NCBI GenBank assembly: GCA_043822065.1
Contig: JBDRCC010000007.1
Location: forward strand, 79,373 to 143,372
DNA from: an archaeon
GTDB lineage: Archaea; Undinarchaeota; CAZHTU01; JBDRCC01
Length of the DNA: 64,000 nt
Direction of reading: 5' to 3'
The notes under the pieces are model-generated. The model was given only the letters and a program-made list of their open reading frames with translations, was not told the origin of the DNA and ran no database searches. Below are positions 1 through 10,004 of this stretch, one piece after another. A program made the translations under genes and the position numbers. Within the stretch, counting starts at the first letter, position 1. The number at the start of each line of letters is the position of its first letter.

Positions 1-2
1 CG

Positions 3-386
3 GAGCCGACGCTCGATGATGTCCGGACACTCAGTGTGGATGACTTCCTCAACAGGAGGCTCCAGACCTTCGTTTTTAGGAACGGGATGGCGTTCTCCCA
101 GAAGCAGGCAAGGCAGTTCATAGTCCACGGCCATATCACTGTTGGCCCAAACACAGTTTCAATCCCAAGCTACACAGTCTCAAAAGGCGAGGAAAGCCAA
201 ATAACGTTCAATCCGAACGGCAAGGTGCAGAAGGGGCACGCAGCAGTGCCTGCCGTCGTGAAGCACGAAGAGAAAAAATCGGGAAAGGCAGACGCTTCAA
301 AGGCAGCGAAGAAGCTTGACGAAGTTGTCGAGACCGAAAAAGTGCTTGACAAGATAGCCGAAGTTGTGGAGGAGACCAATGAGTAG
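3..386 (+). CDS. rps4: 30S ribosomal protein S4 (uS4), 5'-truncated by window edge
   Basis: [30 protein letters not shown]4 motif; frame open from base 3; upstream of rps11-rpoD. Confidence 0.95.
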   Translation, partial: EPTLDDVRTLSVDDFLNRRLQTFVFRNGMAFSQKQARQFIVHGHITVGPNTVSIPSYTVSKGEESQITFNPNGKVQKGHAAVPAVVKHEEKKSGKADASKAAKKLDEVVETEKVLDKIAEVVEETNE

Positions 387-774
387 TCCGAAGGAGCGCT
401 GGGGCATAGCCCACGTATTCGCGTCATTCAACGACACGATAATCACAATAACCGACATCAGCGGCGCCGAGACAATAGCAAGGTTCTCGGGCGGCATGAT
501 GGTCCGCTCCGACAGGGAGGAGTCCTCCCCGTACGCAGCAATGCAGGCAGCCCAGAGGGCAGCCGACGTTGCAAAAGAGCGCGGAATAACATGCATGAAC
601 GTAAAAGTCAGGGCGCCGGGCGGCCACCTTTCAAGGAGCCCAGGACCTGGGGCGCAGGCGACCATACGCGCACTCTCGCGCGCAGGCATAAAAATCGGCA
701 AAATTGACGACGTCACTCCGATACCGCACGACACTACCAAGGCGCCGGGCGGAAAGAGGGGGCGCAGGGTATGA
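379..774 (+). CDS. rps11: 30S ribosomal protein S11 (uS11)
   Basis: [45 protein letters not shown]; ATG at 379 preferred over GTG 364. Confidence 0.97.
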   Translation: MSSPKERWGIAHVFASFNDTIITITDISGAETIARFSGGMMVRSDREESSPYAAMQAAQRAADVAKERGITCMNVKVRAPGGHLSRSPGPGAQATIRALSRAGIKIGKIDDVTPIPHDTTKAPGGKRGRRV

Positions 775-1367
775 AGATAAAAATCCTCGACCAGTCGGAC
801 ACGAAAATAAGCTTCCAGCTTGAAGGCGCCACAACCGCGTTCGCAAACGCCCTCCGCCGGACGATGATTGCTTATGTCCCGACTTATGCTATAGATACTG
901 TAGTGTTTGTCCAGAACTCCTCCATCCTCTACGACGAGATAGTTGCCCACCGGCTCGGGCTGATACCCCTCAAGACCGACCTTTCAGCCGACCTACTGCT
1001 CTCCAAGAAGACCCAAACAGTCAAGTTCACCTTAGACAAAAAAGGCCCGTGTACGGTTTACTCCGCTGATCTGAAGACAAAGGACAAGGTTGTCAAGCCG
1101 GTGTACGAAAAGATGCCCATAGCAATGCTTGGCGCGGGGCATTCGCTTACCTTCGAGGCAGAGGCAATCCTTGGGATAGGAAAGGACCACGCCAAGTGGC
1201 AGCCGACCACAGTCTGCTACTACACCCAGCTGGAGGGCAAGAAGGACACATTCATATTCACCGTTGAAACATCCGGAGCACTTCCTCCGGAGAAGGTGGT
1301 GAAAACAGCCTCAAAGATACTCGAGCAGAAGGCAAAGGACTTTGAGTCTGCGATGAAGGAGCTATAA
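771..1367 (+). CDS. rpoD: RNA polymerase subunit D (Rpo3), short form without Fe-S domain
   Basis: [42 protein letters not shown]. Confidence 0.96.
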   Translation: MKIKILDQSDTKISFQLEGATTAFANALRRTMIAYVPTYAIDTVVFVQNSSILYDEIVAHRLGLIPLKTDLSADLLLSKKTQTVKFTLDKKGPCTVYSADLKTKDKVVKPVYEKMPIAMLGAGHSLTFEAEAILGIGKDHAKWQPTTVCYYTQLEGKKDTFIFTVETSGALPPEKVVKTASKILEQKAKDFESAMKEL

Positions 1368-1374
1368 CTGCCGT

Positions 1375-1458
1375 GCGGGGGTTCCCGAGCGGCCAAAGGG
1401 GCAGGGCTTAGGACCCTGTGGCTTAGTGCCTTCGCGAGTTCGAATCTCGTCTCCCGCA
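1375..1458 (+). tRNA. tRNA-Leu(TAG)
   Basis: Acceptor GCGGGGG/CTCCCGC, anticodon arm CAGGG-CTTAGGA-CCCTG, long variable arm, TTCGAAT T-loop. Confidence 0.95.
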
Positions 1459-1477
1459 TCCTTCAAAAAAACAGAAA

Positions 1478-1840
1478 ATGAAACCGACTGGACCAACAAA
1501 CCCGGAAACAAAGAAGCTTGTTGAAGAGCTTGCCCAGCTTGGCAGAGACAGCAAGGTAAAGCTTTGGGCAGACCTATCCAGGCGCATCATAGTCTCAAGG
1601 CGCAGCAGGCCAGTGGTTAACCTCAGCAAGCTACAACGGTTTTATAACAAGGACGAGACAATAGTCGTCCCAGGCAAGGTCCTCGGCTCCGGCCAGCTGA
1701 CTAGCAAGGTCAACGTTGCGGCGCTTGAGTTTTCCGGCTCCGCGGCTGAAAAGATAAAAGCAGCCGGCGGAAGCGCAATGACAATTCCGGAGCTTGCGAA
1801 GTCCAAAAAGGACGGAAAAAGAATCAGGATAATAAAATGA
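1478..1840 (+). CDS. rpl18e: 50S ribosomal protein L18e
   Basis: TNP..LVEEL, VNLSKL, IVVPGKVLGSG, FSGSAAEKIKAAGG. Confidence 0.96.
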   Translation: MKPTGPTNPETKKLVEELAQLGRDSKVKLWADLSRRIIVSRRSRPVVNLSKLQRFYNKDETIVVPGKVLGSGQLTSKVNVAALEFSGSAAEKIKAAGGSAMTIPELAKSKKDGKRIRIIK

Positions 1841-2427
1841 GCGAACAAAAAGCAGAGCCACAAAAGCAGAAGCCTGCAGAGGCTAAGCCAGAAGCTAAAG
1901 GGGCTAAGCCAGCCGCAGCCCCAGCTCAGCCAAAGCCCGCTGCCGCAAAGCAGGAGAAAGCTGCAGCGCCAAGGCAGAAGCGGCAGAAGTTCCCGTTTGA
2001 CCAGAACTCTGTCCTCCTCGATGCTTCCGACGCAGTTTTGGGCAGGCTTGCATCCGTTGCTGCCAAGAAGGCTTTGGACGGGAAGAAGGTTTTCATAATC
2101 AACGCCGAGAACGCGATAATCTCCGGCGACAGGTACAAGACGCTTGCGATGTGGAAATTCCTCCGCGGCGAAATCGGCAGCAGGTACCACGGGCCGTATT
2201 TCCCACGGCGCCCGGACATGTTTGTCCGGAGGTCAATCCGCGGAATGCTCCCCTGGAAGCGCTCGCGCGGAAGGGACGCATACCGCCGCATACGCGTGTA
2301 CATCGGGGTGCCTGACGAGCTGCAGGGGAAAGTGGCAGCCAAGCCGGATGCAATCCTTGACAACCTCGGGACACTGAGGTTCGCGCGCATAGGCCCGCTC
2401 TGCAAGCAGCTGGGGTGGAAGCAATGA
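1837..2427 (+). CDS. rpl13: 50S ribosomal protein L13 (uL13) with N-terminal K/A/E/P/Q-rich extension
   Basis: LDASDAVLGRLASVAAK, INAENAIISG, GPYFPRRPD..RRSIRGMLP. Confidence 0.96.
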   Translation: MSEQKAEPQKQKPAEAKPEAKGAKPAAAPAQPKPAAAKQEKAAAPRQKRQKFPFDQNSVLLDASDAVLGRLASVAAKKALDGKKVFIINAENAIISGDRYKTLAMWKFLRGEIGSRYHGPYFPRRPDMFVRRSIRGMLPWKRSRGRDAYRRIRVYIGVPDELQGKVAAKPDAILDNLGTLRFARIGPLCKQLGWKQ

Positions 2428-2816
2428 TATTTACTGGAAAACGGAAGAAATCAATAGCCCGCGCATCAGTCACGAAGGGCAGCGGCTTGGTAAGGGTTAA
2501 CTCCCTGCCATTGCAGCTGTATATGCCTGACCTCGAGCGCCTCCGCATGCAGGAGCCACTCATACTCGCCGGCGAAGATGTCATAAACAAGCTCGAAATC
2601 AACGTCATCGTCACTGGCGGCGGAATAAGCGGCCAGACCGATGCGGCTCGGACTGCAATCGCCAAGGCGATTGTCGGCTTCACAAAAAACGAGGTCGTAA
2701 AGAAGCAGTTCAAGGAGTATGACAGGAGCCTGCTCGTAAGCGATATGAGGGGCAAGGAAACCTCAAAGCCGGGCGGCCACGGCGCAAGGAACAGGAGACA
2801 GAAGAGCTACAGGTAA
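2424..2816 (+). CDS. rps9: 30S ribosomal protein S9 (uS9)
   Basis: [40 protein letters not shown]. Confidence 0.97.
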   Translation: MIFTGKRKKSIARASVTKGSGLVRVNSLPLQLYMPDLERLRMQEPLILAGEDVINKLEINVIVTGGGISGQTDAARTAIAKAIVGFTKNEVVKKQFKEYDRSLLVSDMRGKETSKPGGHGARNRRQKSYR

Positions 2817-2818
2817 AG

Positions 2819-3049
2819 ATGATAATACCAATACGCTGCTACACATGCGGGAAGCCGGTTGCGCACTTGTGGGAGGACTACAAGAGGCGCGTTGACGCCG
2901 GCGAAGACGCAAAAAAGGTCTTAGACGACCTTGGTGTTGATCGCTACTGCTGCCGCAGAATGCTCCTTACCCACGTAAATCTCATCGAGGAGGTAATGAG
3001 ATTCGGTCCCCAGGGATTCACCGAGGAGAAAACCCGTGAGGGGTCGTAG
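2819..3049 (+). CDS. rpoN: RNA polymerase subunit N (Rpo10)
   Basis: [12 protein letters not shown]...[18 protein letters not shown]. Confidence 0.98.
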   Translation: MIIPIRCYTCGKPVAHLWEDYKRRVDAGEDAKKVLDDLGVDRYCCRRMLLTHVNLIEEVMRFGPQGFTEEKTREGS

Positions 3050-3112
3050 GGTAGTTTGGTATCCTACCGGCATGGGGTGCCGGTGACCCGAGTTCAAATC
3101 TTGGCGGCCCCA
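3040..3112 (+). tRNA. tRNA-Pro(GGG)
   Basis: Acceptor GGGGTCG/CGGCCCC, anticodon arm CCGGC-ATGGGGT-GCCGG, TTCAAAT T-loop; overlaps last 10 nt of rpoN. Confidence 0.94.
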
Positions 3113-3122
3113 CTCGCATAAA

Positions 3123-3350
3123 ATGCCTGAAAACAAAAAAGAAAACATGAAAACCGAAGCAGAATACACAAAGTATGAAGTCGCTAGGATAGTCGGAGCC
3201 AGGGCGCTCCAGATATCCATGGGCGCGCCAGTCCTTGTAAAAGTCCCCAAGGCACTCTACGATTCTATAGATATCGCGAAATTCGAATTTGACCAGGGCG
3301 CAACACCTCTCACAATCAAGCGGATAATGCCCTACGGGGGCGCAGCATGA
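3123..3350 (+). CDS. rpoK: RNA polymerase subunit K (Rpo6)
   Basis: [22 protein letters not shown]; true start may be the second Met. Confidence 0.97.
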   Translation: MPENKKENMKTEAEYTKYEVARIVGARALQISMGAPVLVKVPKALYDSIDIAKFEFDQGATPLTIKRIMPYGGAA

Positions 3351-3940
3351 GCGAAGACCTTTTAGTTTCACTGGACAAGTACCTCGCAGCTGGCGTGCAC
3401 ATAGGCACCCAGCAGAGGGAGGCAGGCATGAAGCGGTTCATATACAACATACGCCCGGACGGCCTGTCAGTGTTCAACATCCAGCAGATAAACGACCGCA
3501 TCCGCGAGGCTGCGACGCTTCTGTCAAAATACGATGCGCCAAAAGTGCTTGTTGTTGTCTCAAGGGAGAACTCCAAAGACGCCGTTGCGAAGTTCGGCGA
3601 GATGACCGGCGTTAACGCGCTTGCGGGCAGGTTTATGCCAGGCACGCTTACCAACCCCAACTACAAGGAGTACATGGAGCCTCAAATCGTCCTTGTGGGG
3701 GACCCGAACCTCGACCAGAGGGTTATAGACGAGGCCACAAAGGTTGGAATCCCTGTTGTAGCTTTCTGCGACACGAACAACAGCCCGAAGAATGTGGACG
3801 TAATACTCCCTGGAAACAACAAGGGCAAGAAGTCAACCGCGCTAATGCTTTGGCTCATTGCGAGGGAGATGCTCAAGGCACAGGGAAAAATAAAGTCTGA
3901 CTCTGACATGAAGTACTCCCTGGACGACATCCAGGCGTAA
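3347..3940 (+). CDS. rps2: 30S ribosomal protein S2 (uS2)
   Basis: [38 protein letters not shown]. Confidence 0.98.
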   Translation: MSEDLLVSLDKYLAAGVHIGTQQREAGMKRFIYNIRPDGLSVFNIQQINDRIREAATLLSKYDAPKVLVVVSRENSKDAVAKFGEMTGVNALAGRFMPGTLTNPNYKEYMEPQIVLVGDPNLDQRVIDEATKVGIPVVAFCDTNNSPKNVDVILPGNNKGKKSTALMLWLIAREMLKAQGKIKSDSDMKYSLDDIQA

Positions 3941-3944
3941 TTAG

Positions 3945-4775
3945 ATGGAATCAATACAACGGCTTCCTGCAGTGGCAGGCCAGTTCTATACTGACAATCC
4001 AACCCAGCTCAGGCAGCAGATCCTCTCCTTTCTCCCGCAGTCAGTGAAGCCGACTGCGCTGGCAGTTATTTCCCCGCATGCCGGCTATATGTACTCCGGG
4101 CGGGTTGCGGGCTATTCTTTCAAGGCACTTGCCGAGGCTGACACCTACATCCTTTTAGGCCCGGTCCACCAGATGGCAAAAGCCCATTTTGGCATGTCGC
4201 TCAAGGACTGGTCAACCCCCCTCGGCACAGCGAGAATAGACGCGGGGCTTGCAAAAACCCTTGAACAAAAAACACAGATTGTCTGCGATGAAACCGCACA
4301 CCTCCGCGAGCATTCACTCGAGGTGCAGCTTCCATTTCTCCAGGTGACAAATCCCAAAATGAAGTTTGTCCCCGTTGCAGTCCATCCAACTTCAACCTTC
4401 AAGGAGGACGCGGCAGAGCTCGGCTCCGCAATCGGCGGGATAATCAAATCTTCAAAAAAGAGCATAGGCATAGTCACAAGCTCGGACTTTTCCCATTTCA
4501 TCCCAGAAGGCGAAGCAAAAGAGGTCGACCTTGGGGCGATAGACCTTATAACACGGCTTGATGCGGACGGCTTTTTGGACTACGTCGAGTCAAACAACGC
4601 GTCAATTTGCGGGTACGCACCCATAACTGTCATGCTTCACGCCCTAAAAACAATAGGTATTAAAAAGGGCGAGCTCCTTAAGTATGATACTAGCGCATCA
4701 GTGACTCACGATACCAGCAATGTCGTAGGGTACGCGTCAGTTAAGTTTGACAAGAGGAAAAATGGGCCTGTTTAG
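3945..4775 (+). CDS. amrB: MEMO1 family / AmmeMemoRadiSam system protein B
   Basis: RLPAVAGQFY, SPHAGYMYSG, EHSLEVQLPFLQ, SSDFSH, SICG, VVGYAS. Confidence 0.93.
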   Translation: MESIQRLPAVAGQFYTDNPTQLRQQILSFLPQSVKPTALAVISPHAGYMYSGRVAGYSFKALAEADTYILLGPVHQMAKAHFGMSLKDWSTPLGTARIDAGLAKTLEQKTQIVCDETAHLREHSLEVQLPFLQVTNPKMKFVPVAVHPTSTFKEDAAELGSAIGGIIKSSKKSIGIVTSSDFSHFIPEGEAKEVDLGAIDLITRLDADGFLDYVESNNASICGYAPITVMLHALKTIGIKKGELLKYDTSASVTHDTSNVVGYASVKFDKRKNGPV

Positions 4776-4929
4776 CAACATACTGCTCTTCATTGTCTTC
4801 GTCGTCTCGATAGTTAGCGGCTTTTACTACATCCGCGCCCACCTCTATGGCGAGGTGCGGCTTGAGCTTGCCGCGCTCTTTTTTGGAGGGCTCATCGCCT
4901 TCATAATTCTGACGCTGCTCCTTCTTTAG
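4762..4929 (+). CDS. Small two-TM membrane protein, unknown function
   Basis: 55-aa ORF with two hydrophobic stretches filling the amrB-RNase J gap. Confidence 0.55.
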   Translation: MGLFSNILLFIVFVVSIVSGFYYIRAHLYGEVRLELAALFFGGLIAFIILTLLLL

Positions 4930-4965
4930 AAAAGCATTATAAGCTTGCGCTCTTTTACGTATAAC

Positions 4966-6324
4966 ATGGTAGAAATAATACCTCTTGGCGGATATGAGGA
5001 AGTCGGGCGCAACTCGACCGCTGTCAAGTACAAGGACGAAATAGTCATATTTGATTTCGGCTTCCACATGGAGCGCATAGCCTCGATGGGCGAGGACACC
5101 CACGTCCAGATACGGGACATGTCAATTTCCGAATTGCACGAGATAGACGCGATACCTGATGACAAGTGCATCCTGCCCATGAAGAACAAGGTAGTTGCAT
5201 TAGTCTCAAACCATGGCCACCTTGACCACATAGGCGCAATGCCCCAGCTCGCGCCCCAATACAAGGCGCCGATAATCGGGAGCCCATTCACCACCGAGCT
5301 CATAGAGGGCATGTTTGCTGACGCAGCCGTCAAGAACCGAAACAAGCTTGTTACCATGCACCCAGGCGAGCAGGTCGAGCTCTCAAAAAACCTGACCCTT
5401 GAATTTGTGCATACGACCCACAGCATACCTGATACTGTCTTTTCCGTCCTCCACACTCCCGACGGCCCGCTCGTTTACTGCAACGACTTCAAGCTCGACA
5501 ACCACCCGACCGTCGGCGAGAAGCCAGACTACAAGCGTATACGGGAGCTCGGCGACGAGGGCGTCAAAGCTACCATAATCGAAACCGTCAGGATTGACAG
5601 GGAGCGGAAGACTCCGAGCGAAGCAGTCGCCCGCGCACTTTTGGAGGATGTCCTCCTCGGCAGGGAGCACGAAAACGCACTCTTCATAACGACGTTTGCT
5701 TCCCACATACACAGGATAATGATAATCCTCGAGACTGCAAAGAAAATGGGGCGCATTCCGGTCCTCCTCGGGCGCTCGATGTCACGATATTCTGCAATAG
5801 CCGAGCGGCTTGGAATAATGAAAATTCCAAAAGGCGTAGAAGTCGTCGGCAAGGGCAAGGCTATTGACGCCAAGCTAAAGAAATGCGCAAACGATATGGA
5901 CAACTACATTTTCATATGCACTGGCCACCAGGGCGAGCCCAATTCCGTCCTTGACAGGATAGCAAGCAAGAAATTTTCCTACAAAGTCCGCCCTGGGGAT
6001 GAAATCGTGTTCTCAAGCTCAGTAATACCATCGCCAATAAACGAGGACAACCACTACCGCCTGTCGACCAAGCTCAAGGCGCAGGGCGGCCGGCTCTTCC
6101 GCGACGTCCACGTGTCCGGACACGCCTCAAAGGAGGACCACCGCGACCTTCTCATGATGTTCCGCCCCGAGAACATAGTACCCTGCCATGGCGACCTCAA
6201 GAAGCTTGCCGCTTACGCGGAGCTTGCCTCTGAAATGAACGCAGTAAAGAACGAGATGGGCAGGGAGTACAAGCTCGGCCAGAATGTTCACCTTTTGCAC
6301 AACGGCCAAAGGCACGAACTCTAG
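4966..6324 (+). CDS. rnj: Ribonuclease J (beta-CASP metallo-beta-lactamase)
   Basis: IIPLGGYEEVGRN, HGHLDHIG, HSIPD, DFKLD, TGHQGEP, HVSGHAS, PCHGD. Confidence 0.95.
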   Translation: MVEIIPLGGYEEVGRNSTAVKYKDEIVIFDFGFHMERIASMGEDTHVQIRDMSISELHEIDAIPDDKCILPMKNKVVALVSNHGHLDHIGAMPQLAPQYKAPIIGSPFTTELIEGMFADAAVKNRNKLVTMHPGEQVELSKNLTLEFVHTTHSIPDTVFSVLHTPDGPLVYCNDFKLDNHPTVGEKPDYKRIRELGDEGVKATIIETVRIDRERKTPSEAVARALLEDVLLGREHENALFITTFASHIHRIMIILETAKKMGRIPVLLGRSMSRYSAIAERLGIMKIPKGVEVVGKGKAIDAKLKKCANDMDNYIFICTGHQGEPNSVLDRIASKKFSYKVRPGDEIVFSSSVIPSPINEDNHYRLSTKLKAQGGRLFRDVHVSGHASKEDHRDLLMMFRPENIVPCHGDLKKLAAYAELASEMNAVKNEMGREYKLGQNVHLLHNGQRHEL

Positions 6325-6325
6325 A

Positions 6326-7981
6326 ATGTCCCTCGAAAAAGACATCCGGATAGCTGCCCTTAAAAATGCAGCTTCCCACAGCGGCAAAGCAGACCCGGGC
6401 GCCGTCATTGGCTATATTCTCGCAGGCAGCCCCGAATACCGCACAAAATTCAAGGAGATAGTCCTAGACCTCCAGCGAATTGTAAAGGATGTCAACAAGC
6501 TTACCGTAACTGCCCAGGTGAAGGAGCTTTCTTCCCTTGGCGTCAGCCTTGAGCGGAAGGTCGAGGAGAAAAAAGGCCTTCCAGAATTACCCGACCGCGG
6601 CCCTGTCAGAATGCGATTTGCCCCGTCCCCTTCCGGTCCCCTCCATATCGGGCACGCAAGGACGATACTCCTTAACGACGAGTACGTCCGCAAGTACGGC
6701 GGCAAATTTATCCTTCGGTTTGAGGACACGGACCCAAACAACATACTTCCCGAAGCCTACGACTGGATACCGGAGGAAATCGCCTGGCTGGGCGTTAAAA
6801 TACACGAGACCTACTACCAGTCAGACCGGCTCGAGGAGTACTACAAGGTCGCAAAGAAGCTTTTGGATGCGGGCCACCTGTACGTGTGCACCTGCAAGTC
6901 CGAGGATCACAAGTCTCTTTTAGACGCAGGCAAGCCCTGCCCCTGCCGCGGGCTTTCGAAGGACAAAAATCTTGAGCGCTGGCAGAAGATGTTCTCTTCC
7001 TACAAGAGCGGCGACGCAGTCATCCGGGCGAAGACCGACCTCAAGCACAAGAACCCGGCACTCCGGGATTTCCCACTTCTGAGAATTCTCGATGTAAAAC
7101 ACCCGCGGGCCGGTGACAACTTCAAAGTGTGGCCTCTGTACAACTTCTCCTGCGCCGTTGACGACCATGACATGAAAATCACCCACATCCTCCGCGGAAA
7201 GGACCACCTTACAAACACCGACCGCCAGGAATTCATCTACGACTGGCTCGGCTGGATGAAGCCATGGTTCTTCCACCACGGAAGGCTCAAAATCGGGGAC
7301 CTCGAGCTCAGCAAGACAAAGACCAAGCAGAAGATACGCGAGGGACAATATACTGGCTGGGACGACGTCCGGCTCGGGACCCTCAAGGCGCTCGCTGCAA
7401 GGGGCATCAGGCAGGAGGCAATCCGCCAGACAATCCTTGACATGGGGCTGAAGGCCGTCGACGTAAACCTCTCCTGGAAGAACCTGTTCAACTACAACCG
7501 CCACCTGATAGAGGAGAGCGCCAACCGCTATTTTTTCGTCCCAGACCCCATGCAGATTGAGCTGCACCACCCAGACACTGCAGAAGTTTCGCTCCCGCTC
7601 CACCCCGACTACCCAAAGCGCGGCTCAAGGGTGTTCCACCTGTCTCCAGCAGACGGCAAGCTGAAGCTCTTCATATCCGCCCAGGACTACAAGCTTTTGG
7701 AGAAGGGGCCACTCCGGCTCATGAACCTCTTAAACATAAAGCTCGTCGGAAAGGGCAAAATCCACGCAGAGCTTGGCGAGAAGCTCGACAAGAAAATCCA
7801 GTGGCTCCCCGGCGGCATCCAGGTCACGCTCCAGACGCCGGAGGGCGAGATAACCGGGATTGGCGAGGAAACCCTGTCAGCCCTGAATGTTGGTGCCATA
7901 GTCCAGTTCGTCAGGACTGGCTACGCCTGCCTGTTCAAGAAGCAGAAGGACATGCTAATTTTCAGGCTAACCCACCCATAA
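6326..7981 (+). CDS. gltX: Glutamate--tRNA ligase
   Basis: MRFAPSPSGPLHIGH, LRFEDTDP, THILRGKDH, GWDDVRLGTL; ATG 6326 right after rnj stop. Confidence 0.97.
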   Translation: MSLEKDIRIAALKNAASHSGKADPGAVIGYILAGSPEYRTKFKEIVLDLQRIVKDVNKLTVTAQVKELSSLGVSLERKVEEKKGLPELPDRGPVRMRFAPSPSGPLHIGHARTILLNDEYVRKYGGKFILRFEDTDPNNILPEAYDWIPEEIAWLGVKIHETYYQSDRLEEYYKVAKKLLDAGHLYVCTCKSEDHKSLLDAGKPCPCRGLSKDKNLERWQKMFSSYKSGDAVIRAKTDLKHKNPALRDFPLLRILDVKHPRAGDNFKVWPLYNFSCAVDDHDMKITHILRGKDHLTNTDRQEFIYDWLGWMKPWFFHHGRLKIGDLELSKTKTKQKIREGQYTGWDDVRLGTLKALAARGIRQEAIRQTILDMGLKAVDVNLSWKNLFNYNRHLIEESANRYFFVPDPMQIELHHPDTAEVSLPLHPDYPKRGSRVFHLSPADGKLKLFISAQDYKLLEKGPLRLMNLLNIKLVGKGKIHAELGEKLDKKIQWLPGGIQVTLQTPEGEITGIGEETLSALNVGAIVQFVRTGYACLFKKQKDMLIFRLTHP

Positions 7982-8016
7982 ATAGATTTATATATTGCAA
8001 ACTCAAATAAGCCCTT

Positions 8017-8589
8017 ATGGGAGTATTCAGCCAGTCAGTTCCAATGCAATTTGATGCGGCATTTGTAGGTCCGGTGCATTATTTCTTGAAGGTATTCATC
8101 AACACTCAAGTGTATGGCAAGGATATTGATCCGCACACCCTGACCAAAATCCTCCTCAAGGAAAAGCGCCTTTCCGAAGCCCACTCAAAGAAGGAGATCT
8201 ACTATCTTGTATACGTCCGCGAGGGCACAAACTTAGATAAAAAGAATGTCATCAACCTCCTCTCGTTCGGGAAGGATGGAAGCCTCATAGAGCACTTCAG
8301 GGAGGATTCTACCAAGCACATAATCGACTTTGAAGCGGAAGCCATTACCGCGCCATTCGGCTTATTTTCCCTCTTGGAAAGGGGCCCGCCCGCAGATACT
8401 CACCACCCATTCACAGTGGACCTCCTAACGGCTGTTGTTGAAGAGTCGGTCCGGCTTTGCGTGGATAAAACCCACCCAGAGCTTGTGCTTGAAGCCTTCA
8501 TGGGCGGCAAAAAAGCGAAGCATGCGCTGGGCGCCTGCCCAGGCGTACAGTCCATCATAGACCGTTATGCGCCCCGCTGGGTGAAATAA
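8017..8589 (+). CDS. Hypothetical protein
   Basis: 190-aa ORF preceded by TATA-like TTTATATA; no motif recognised. Confidence 0.7.
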   Translation: MGVFSQSVPMQFDAAFVGPVHYFLKVFINTQVYGKDIDPHTLTKILLKEKRLSEAHSKKEIYYLVYVREGTNLDKKNVINLLSFGKDGSLIEHFREDSTKHIIDFEAEAITAPFGLFSLLERGPPADTHHPFTVDLLTAVVEESVRLCVDKTHPELVLEAFMGGKKAKHALGACPGVQSIIDRYAPRWVK

Positions 8590-8622
8590 GTTTTTATCCT
8601 GTGTCATCCAATAATAATCAAC

Positions 8623-9081
8623 ATGATGTTCGAAGCCTCCGTGCAGTATGGGAATGAAACTGCCTACGCCATGGTCCTTTATCACGGTCGGGAGCTCTGG
8701 AAAAAGATACACAATGAGAAGCTTCTTGGCGATTTCCCTGACCCGCACCTGGTTGCGTATGCCGCAATTTTCGTTTTCAAAGGCCTCAAAAAGGCATCCT
8801 CCGAGATGAATTTCTTCGCATTTGACGAGCACTGCGGCCTTTTAGAGCGCATCAGGGAAGCCAAGCCGCCGCGGAAGGGGCCGAGTTCGGCAGAGCTGAT
8901 AGAAAACGCCCTGCGCGGGTACGAGGCTGGTAACGCCGAGAAAATGGCGTATGATGCTGCCAAGAAGATAACACATTTCATCGTTGACGAGCTCAAATTG
9001 GAAGGCGCGGAAGTGGTCAAGGAAGCGCTCTTCGATAACCTGCTCGACAAGGGCTATATTAGGAAAGGCTTCCTCCTGTAG
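8623..9081 (+). CDS. Hypothetical protein
   Basis: 152-aa ORF, helical character, no motif recognised. Confidence 0.7.
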   Translation: MMFEASVQYGNETAYAMVLYHGRELWKKIHNEKLLGDFPDPHLVAYAAIFVFKGLKKASSEMNFFAFDEHCGLLERIREAKPPRKGPSSAELIENALRGYEAGNAEKMAYDAAKKITHFIVDELKLEGAEVVKEALFDNLLDKGYIRKGFLL

Positions 9082-9093
9082 CCGCCCAATCTC

Positions 9094-9107
9094 AAAACCT
9101 TTATAAA
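9094..9107 (+). promoter_or_regulatory. BRE/TATA promoter of rpl7ae-rps28e-rpl24e
   Basis: AAAACC-TTTATAAA about 65 nt upstream of the ATG; SD GGAGGTGA at 9161-9168. Confidence 0.55.
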
Positions 9108-9173
9108 GTTAGGATGAAATATAGACCACACTTCAAGCCATAAATGCGTGATGAACCGTTGGAGGTGAATAAT

Positions 9174-9704
9174 ATGGCAGATGTACCAGAAGCATTAGTT
9201 AATGAGTCCTTGAAAGTCCTTGAAATCGCCAGGAACACTGGAAAGATTTCACGCGGGACGAACGAGGCAACAAAGCAGATTGAATCAGGCAAGGCTAAGC
9301 TAGTTTTAGTGGCGACCGACGTCCAGCCGAAGGAGATAATTTCATTCCTTCCGGGGCTGTGCGCCGAGAAGAAGGTCCCCTGCATTAGCGTCCCGAGCAA
9401 GCAAGAACTCGGCAAGGCAGGTGGGCTTGACGTACCTGCAGCATCGATAGCAATAATCGACGCAGGCAACGCAAAGAAAGAGCTTACCCAGCTTGTAGAG
9501 AAGCTTGCCGCCGGCAAATCGAAGCCGACGGAAGAGGCTCCAAAGCAGGCAGAGGCGAAGCCAGCCGAGAAAAAGGCTGAAGCCAAGCCGGCTGAAAAGC
9601 CAGCCGAGCATAAGCCAGCCGAAAAACCGGCCGAGAAAAAGGCTGAAGCCAAGCCGGCTGAAAAGCCAGCAAAAAAGGAAGAGACGCCTAAAGAGAAGAA
9701 ATAA
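9174..9704 (+). CDS. rpl7ae: 50S ribosomal protein L7Ae with repetitive C-terminal tail
   Basis: [42 protein letters not shown]; SD before ATG 9174. Confidence 0.96.
   Translation: MADVPEALVNESLKVLEIARNTGKISRGTNEATKQIESGKAKLVLVATDVQPKEIISFLPGLCAEKKVPCISVPSKQELGKAGGLDVPAASIAIIDAGNAKKELTQLVEKLAAGKSKPTEEAPKQAEAKPAEKKAEAKPAEKPAEHKPAEKPAEKKAEAKPAEKPAKKEETPKEKK
9564..9670 (+). repeat. 41-bp perfect direct repeat inside the rpl7ae tail
   Basis: GCCGAGAAAAAGGCTGAAGCCAAGCCGGCTGAAAAGCCAGC at 9564-9604 and 9630-9670 (66-bp in-frame offset). Confidence 0.9.
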
Positions 9705-10003
9705 TGGCAGACGACCAGAAACCTGCTGAGAAACCAGCTGAGAAACCCGAACCCGCCCAGAAGCGGGGGCGCCCTGAAAGGGGCAAGGAATCAGTTGGCG
9801 CTCTGAGGTACCCTGCGCAGGTCCTGAACATAATCGGCAGGACCGGCACGACTGGGGACATAACCCAGGTCAGGGTCAGGGTTCTCGACGGCTACGACAA
9901 AGGGAAGATTATGCGCAGAAACGTCAAAGGGCCAATCCGGGTAAACGACGTACTCCTTCTCAGGGAGACTGAGATGGAAGCCCAGAAGCTCAGGCAGGTA
10001 TAA
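9704..10003 (+). CDS. rps28e: 30S ribosomal protein S28e with N-terminal extension
   Basis: [48 protein letters not shown]. Confidence 0.97.
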   Translation: MADDQKPAEKPAEKPEPAQKRGRPERGKESVGALRYPAQVLNIIGRTGTTGDITQVRVRVLDGYDKGKIMRRNVKGPIRVNDVLLLRETEMEAQKLRQV

Positions 10004-10004
10004 A

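Noticed and set aside
771-1367. Rpo3 lacking the Fe-S domain as a novelty
   Set aside because: Loss of this domain is known in several archaeal lineages.
9564-9670. 41-bp direct repeat as target-site duplication or regulatory repeat
   Set aside because: In frame within the low-complexity L7Ae tail; explained by intragenic duplication.
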